A stretch of DNA of 25,103 bases from Ginkgo biloba (Eukaryota; Plantae; Ginkgophyta), in NCBI GenBank assembly GCA_024626585.2, contig JANKJI020000002.1, forward strand, positions 109,972,633 through 109,997,735. The letters run 5' to 3'. Position 1 is the stretch's first letter. Every line of letters begins with the position of its first letter. The position numbers were made by a program, and so were the translations under genes. Positions 20,980 through 25,103 of this stretch are shown piece after piece. Under the pieces are notes generated by a model that had not been told where the DNA came from, did not search any database, and worked only from the letters and a program-made list of their open reading frames with translations.

Positions 20980-23900
20980 TGGAGAAGTATTAATGTAAAA
21001 GGTCTATCATGTTGTTATAATTGCTTGAGAGAGTGAAAGTTAAGTTTAAGATGTTCTATTATGTACCTACAGATTAGATTGAATTGGTTACTAATTTATG
21101 TTTGATGGGTAGAGGTGAATACCAAGTTCCAAGCCCAGCCTTACCTATATAAGGTTCATGGAAATGATCCTATAATGTAGATGTTACATGTCTTAAGGAG
21201 TTTATAGTCTTGGTGGAGATATAAGGAGGTGAGTAGTAAGAGAGAAAATAATATAGGCCCTTAAAATTTAAAATTCCTTCATATACGGTCTCTTTCTGTT
21301 GGCCATTTATTTACCATTCCCTATAAGGTNNNNNNNNNNNNNNNNNNNNNNNNNNNNNNNNNNNNNNNNNNNNNNNNNNNNNNNNNNNNNNNNNNNNNNN
21401 NNNNNNNNNNNNNNNNNNNNNNNNNNNNNTATTCAGGATTTGGGAGATTTAATATCTTATAGAGTATTGTTAGGCATAGGCCTCAACGCAAATTAATTTT
21501 GATTCAGGTTTGGACATTAACACTAGAAAATCAAACCTTATCGACAAGGAGCACCTTAAGGCAGTTAGTTATAAAATTTCATGCAATCACTCCAATAGTT
21601 TTATCCTATAAAATTAAAATTTTAAGATTAACGTATTTGAAGAGTTATGCCGATACATACTGCCAAAAATCACTTTGCATTTGATAACAAAGAATCAATT
21701 GATCACTCAAATATTAAANNNNNNNNNNNNNNNNNNNNNNNNNNNNNNNNTGACATCTTCTCTTTTCTCTATTGAAGCAATCATTCAATCCTCACTTTAA
21801 CTTCCACCTTTCCAAAATGTATCCATTCATATGAAAAACTATACCCACAGAAAGGAGGCCCCATTCATTGGTTAATAAGATTTCCTTGTTGGGGAGAAGT
21901 ACCTCTTGTGGGAATGCAAATCCTAAAATCTGTAGTTTTACGATTTTTATTTTCATTATTTAAATCGTAAAGTCAATCAAACCACTTATTGTTTTATGTA
22001 TAACTTTCCTTTTATGATGTTGGTTATGCAAATTTAGACTTCCATATGTGTTGAGCATGTTACATATCATGAGGATTCGAGAAGGATAATTTTTGTGGTG
22101 AATGGACGACATATAGAATTTTCATAGCTCAAAATTTATTATAAAAACGAGGGCATGTACACAAAAATTACAAGAGTGCAATTCATGATGCATTTACAAT
22201 GGGGAAGTATTGCATTAGATATGGGATCAAAAGGGTAAACACGTTCTTTGGTCTATCTGTAGACTAATATGCACCGTATGAGAGGTGCAAGAAAGAAACA
22301 AGAAGGATGGGTGGATAATGAAAATCATTCCANNNNNNNNNNNNNNNNNNNNNNNNNNNNNNNNNNNNNNNNNNNNNNNNNNNNNNNNNNNNNNNNNNNN
22401 NNNNNNNNNNNNNNNNNNNNNNNNCTTTTATCACATGATTATTTCGGTACAAGGTATGGGGGTTTATTTTTGTAAATAGTTCATGAAGGTGAATCTTCCA
22501 CTACAAGATGTATTCTAGAACAAACTTCATCTTCAACCACTCTTCTTGCTCATACTCTTTAGTACCAAGTCATGCAGGCTATACTCCAACTACCACTTAA
22601 TGTTCATAATAGCCAAAGTGAATGATAATAAATAGTTTGGAGAAGTATACCATAAACCTATTAGTATGTTACTTTAGTGACTCTAATCTGCATATACACT
22701 TATTGAGAAAATTTTAAGTATTGCACCTAGTCAATGTACTAGGGGAATTCCATAAGCTTTGATCAAATTAGCATACAAGTTGCATTTGTTGTATAGTCAT
22801 GACTATGAATAAAATAATATTTTTTTATCACTTATAATAATGATTTCTTTCTTCCCCTCTCTTCTTAAGGAACATAAATGTATATACAATTTCTTCTCGA
22901 TACTCTTGGTTTTTTAAATACAACATCTTTCCAATTTTTGTTTAATAATATATGCTTATTATCCAAAAGCATTCATCATCATGACCCCATCTCTTTAGGA
23001 ATCTCGCTCAAACTTTGGTACATGTGCCTTAGAATGAAAATCCTATCTTTTCTCTGACATGTAATACTTTAATATGCTATGTGCTAAAAAGAAATTAATT
23101 AGCAATTTTGACTGCACTAGAAGCTCTCTAAAACTTGAAATTTTCTATAAAAGGAATGGACCTAGAAGAATAATGACATAAAAGTAAACCTAGCATTTGG
23201 AAACTTATATAGAAGAGAAATACTTTATAGGAATTAGAATTTTGGGGAATGTCAACNNNNNNNNNNNNNNNNNNNNNNNNNNNNNNNNNNNNNNNNNNNN
23301 NNNNNNNNNNNNNNNNNNNNNNNNNNNNNNNNNNNNNNNNNNNNNNNNNNNNNNNNAATGAATGAATGTAAGATTGTATAGCATTTTATGATGTTATTTT
23401 GTGTTTTCAAATGGAATTTGATAGTGGGGGTAGCTCATCCAAATTGTGATAGTGGAAGAAGCTAATATAACAAACGTTACTATTGCACGGACATTTGTGC
23501 TGCAAAATGGAATATGCCAAGACAATTTTGAATTTTATGTTGTGGGGTAAGTTAGATTATATATGTATAAATGGATCACAAGTTGGACTGCACATGCACA
23601 TCGGTGCGTATCAACGGCAAGAAAAGGCATTGCATCATTTTTATCTTTATTTACCAAACTTTCACGAGGTTAAAATTTAAATTATGATTTTCCTGTGCAT
23701 AGTGCAAAACTCCTGATGAATAGCTTTGATGATGTCAATGGATCAACCATCGATTGCTTTGATATTATGGATGGAGGCGATGATGTTAGGCAAGAGACAA
23801 GTGTAAATGAATGGAAATTGCTACCCATTGTACAATCAACCCCATTGATTTCAGGCCGATGCTCAATATTCCTCTAAAGATTGCACCTCCTTGTATGTAA

Positions 23901-25103
23901 ATCTATCGTACTCAGTTCAAAGTCAATGCTAAACATTCCTCTAAAGCACAACACCTACATTCCAATGTTGGAGAGCATTGAAATCTTGAAATCATAGTGT
24001 TGGTTGGATTGTGGTATGGTGATAGATGCATGCCAGTTTACCATGGCTAGCTTAGCTGGTTCGATTCTTAGTGCACCTTATTGCTGAGAATTCCCAAAGT
24101 GACATCACAACCCCAATCTGGCCCAAAAGAAGGGGTTTATCTAGGATAAAAAAACAAAATCTCGAAAGCATAGTGTTGTGTTTAAAAGACATGTGCGTTG
24201 ATATTATAATAAGCTTTATCTATTCAGAATGCATGACACACTGTAATACCGTGTATAATGCATTGTTCCAGTATTCTCATCTACAATATATATTGCACTA
24301 TTGTCTATAATATTATAATACGTTGCCATCGATAATTTCATAAACTCTTTCCACTCATTTATTTTCCTCGAAAAATAATTTAATCTCTTAAGTCTATAGA
24401 ATTCAAGGTCCTAAGAAATTTTGGCATCCTTAAACTCTCATGCACAGATCTTGCATCCATGCTCAAGTGTGTATTGAATAAAATCATATGCTTCACTGAC
24501 GTAATTATAAGATCCTTTCTTATGTGGGATTATTAAATAAATCAAGAATATTGAAGAGCAGAGATGAAATGTGTGTCTAAATGTTCTATTTTTGTTCTAT
24601 GTTTTGGGTGGAAGAGTGCTTATGTAACTTACTCCTTGGCTCAACTCCATCATTCTCACCAATAATGAAGTGTAAGGCCCTCATTATAATCTTACATCAT
24701 GATTATAATGATGTATTAGGTGAATATAATATAATTATCATTACTTTTCATAAATATAATGAACTATTCAACAATTAAGTGAATAGAGGTAGAGGTTTCT
24801 TTCACTAATTAGTTTGATAATTTTTCTTCATCAAAATATTACTTCTTGGTGAAATTTATTCTTCCTACAAATCTTATCGTAGAAATAAAATATAGTATAT
24901 ATAAAAAAATAAGAACCCATCCATCCACCTTGTTTACACAATTGTATAAAAATAAAAACTTCTAAGACAATTGTCCATCTTCTCCCCCATGATAGAAAAA
25001 AGAAAAATAAAAATATATATGCATTTTGGTCAACATAAACATTAAGTATAAGTACCTAAATGATTATCATTGACTATATATGCTTATTAATTTGCAATCT
25101 ATC

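Noticed and set aside
4318-23356. Recurrent N-runs of exactly 100 nt
   Set aside because: Scaffolding placeholders of unknown true size, not biology; distances across them are unreliable.
23695-23877. GSTIDCFDI resembling the neprosin propeptide motif (DGDIIDCVDI)
   Set aside because: The following QPAFDHP-like motif is absent, and the match is too short to support.
17029-24930. Recurring ccatcc/atccacccatcc motifs (~17029-17043, ~22305-22316 on minus, ~24917-24929)
   Set aside because: Short low-complexity matches with no extended homology.

Overview
AT-rich, CpG-depleted eukaryotic DNA from a gapped draft assembly, with about 25 N-runs, many exactly 100 nt. It reads as a plant retrotransposon graveyard; a gymnosperm-like host is an inference from the element types and decay pattern. 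There is no intact protein-coding gene. (1) A decayed non-chromoviral (Tat-like) Ty3/gypsy pol at ~460-5540 (+) has its integrase split by a nested two-LTR element (3905-5269, TG...CA, 5-bp target-site duplication). (2) Two pairs of diverged long direct repeats are nested in one another (6415-7179/11060-11838 around 8078-9130/9390-10455), probably LTRs. (3) There is a gag-like relic (~12850-13559) and a second, better preserved Tat-like integrase C-terminus (14611-15080). (4) Chromoviral-type gypsy fragments lie at ~17985-18368 and 19804-20709, the latter internally deleted, alongside short LTR-like units. (5) The last two exons of a COMT-type O-methyltransferase carry several inactivating lesions (18536-18958). 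The last ~3.5 kb could not be assigned. I found no convincing novel biological system. The best leads are a possible extra RNase H between protease and RT, a conserved 60-bp palindrome with a paired substitution in the repeat copies, and the orphan O-methyltransferase fragment. All alignments and translations were done by eye.
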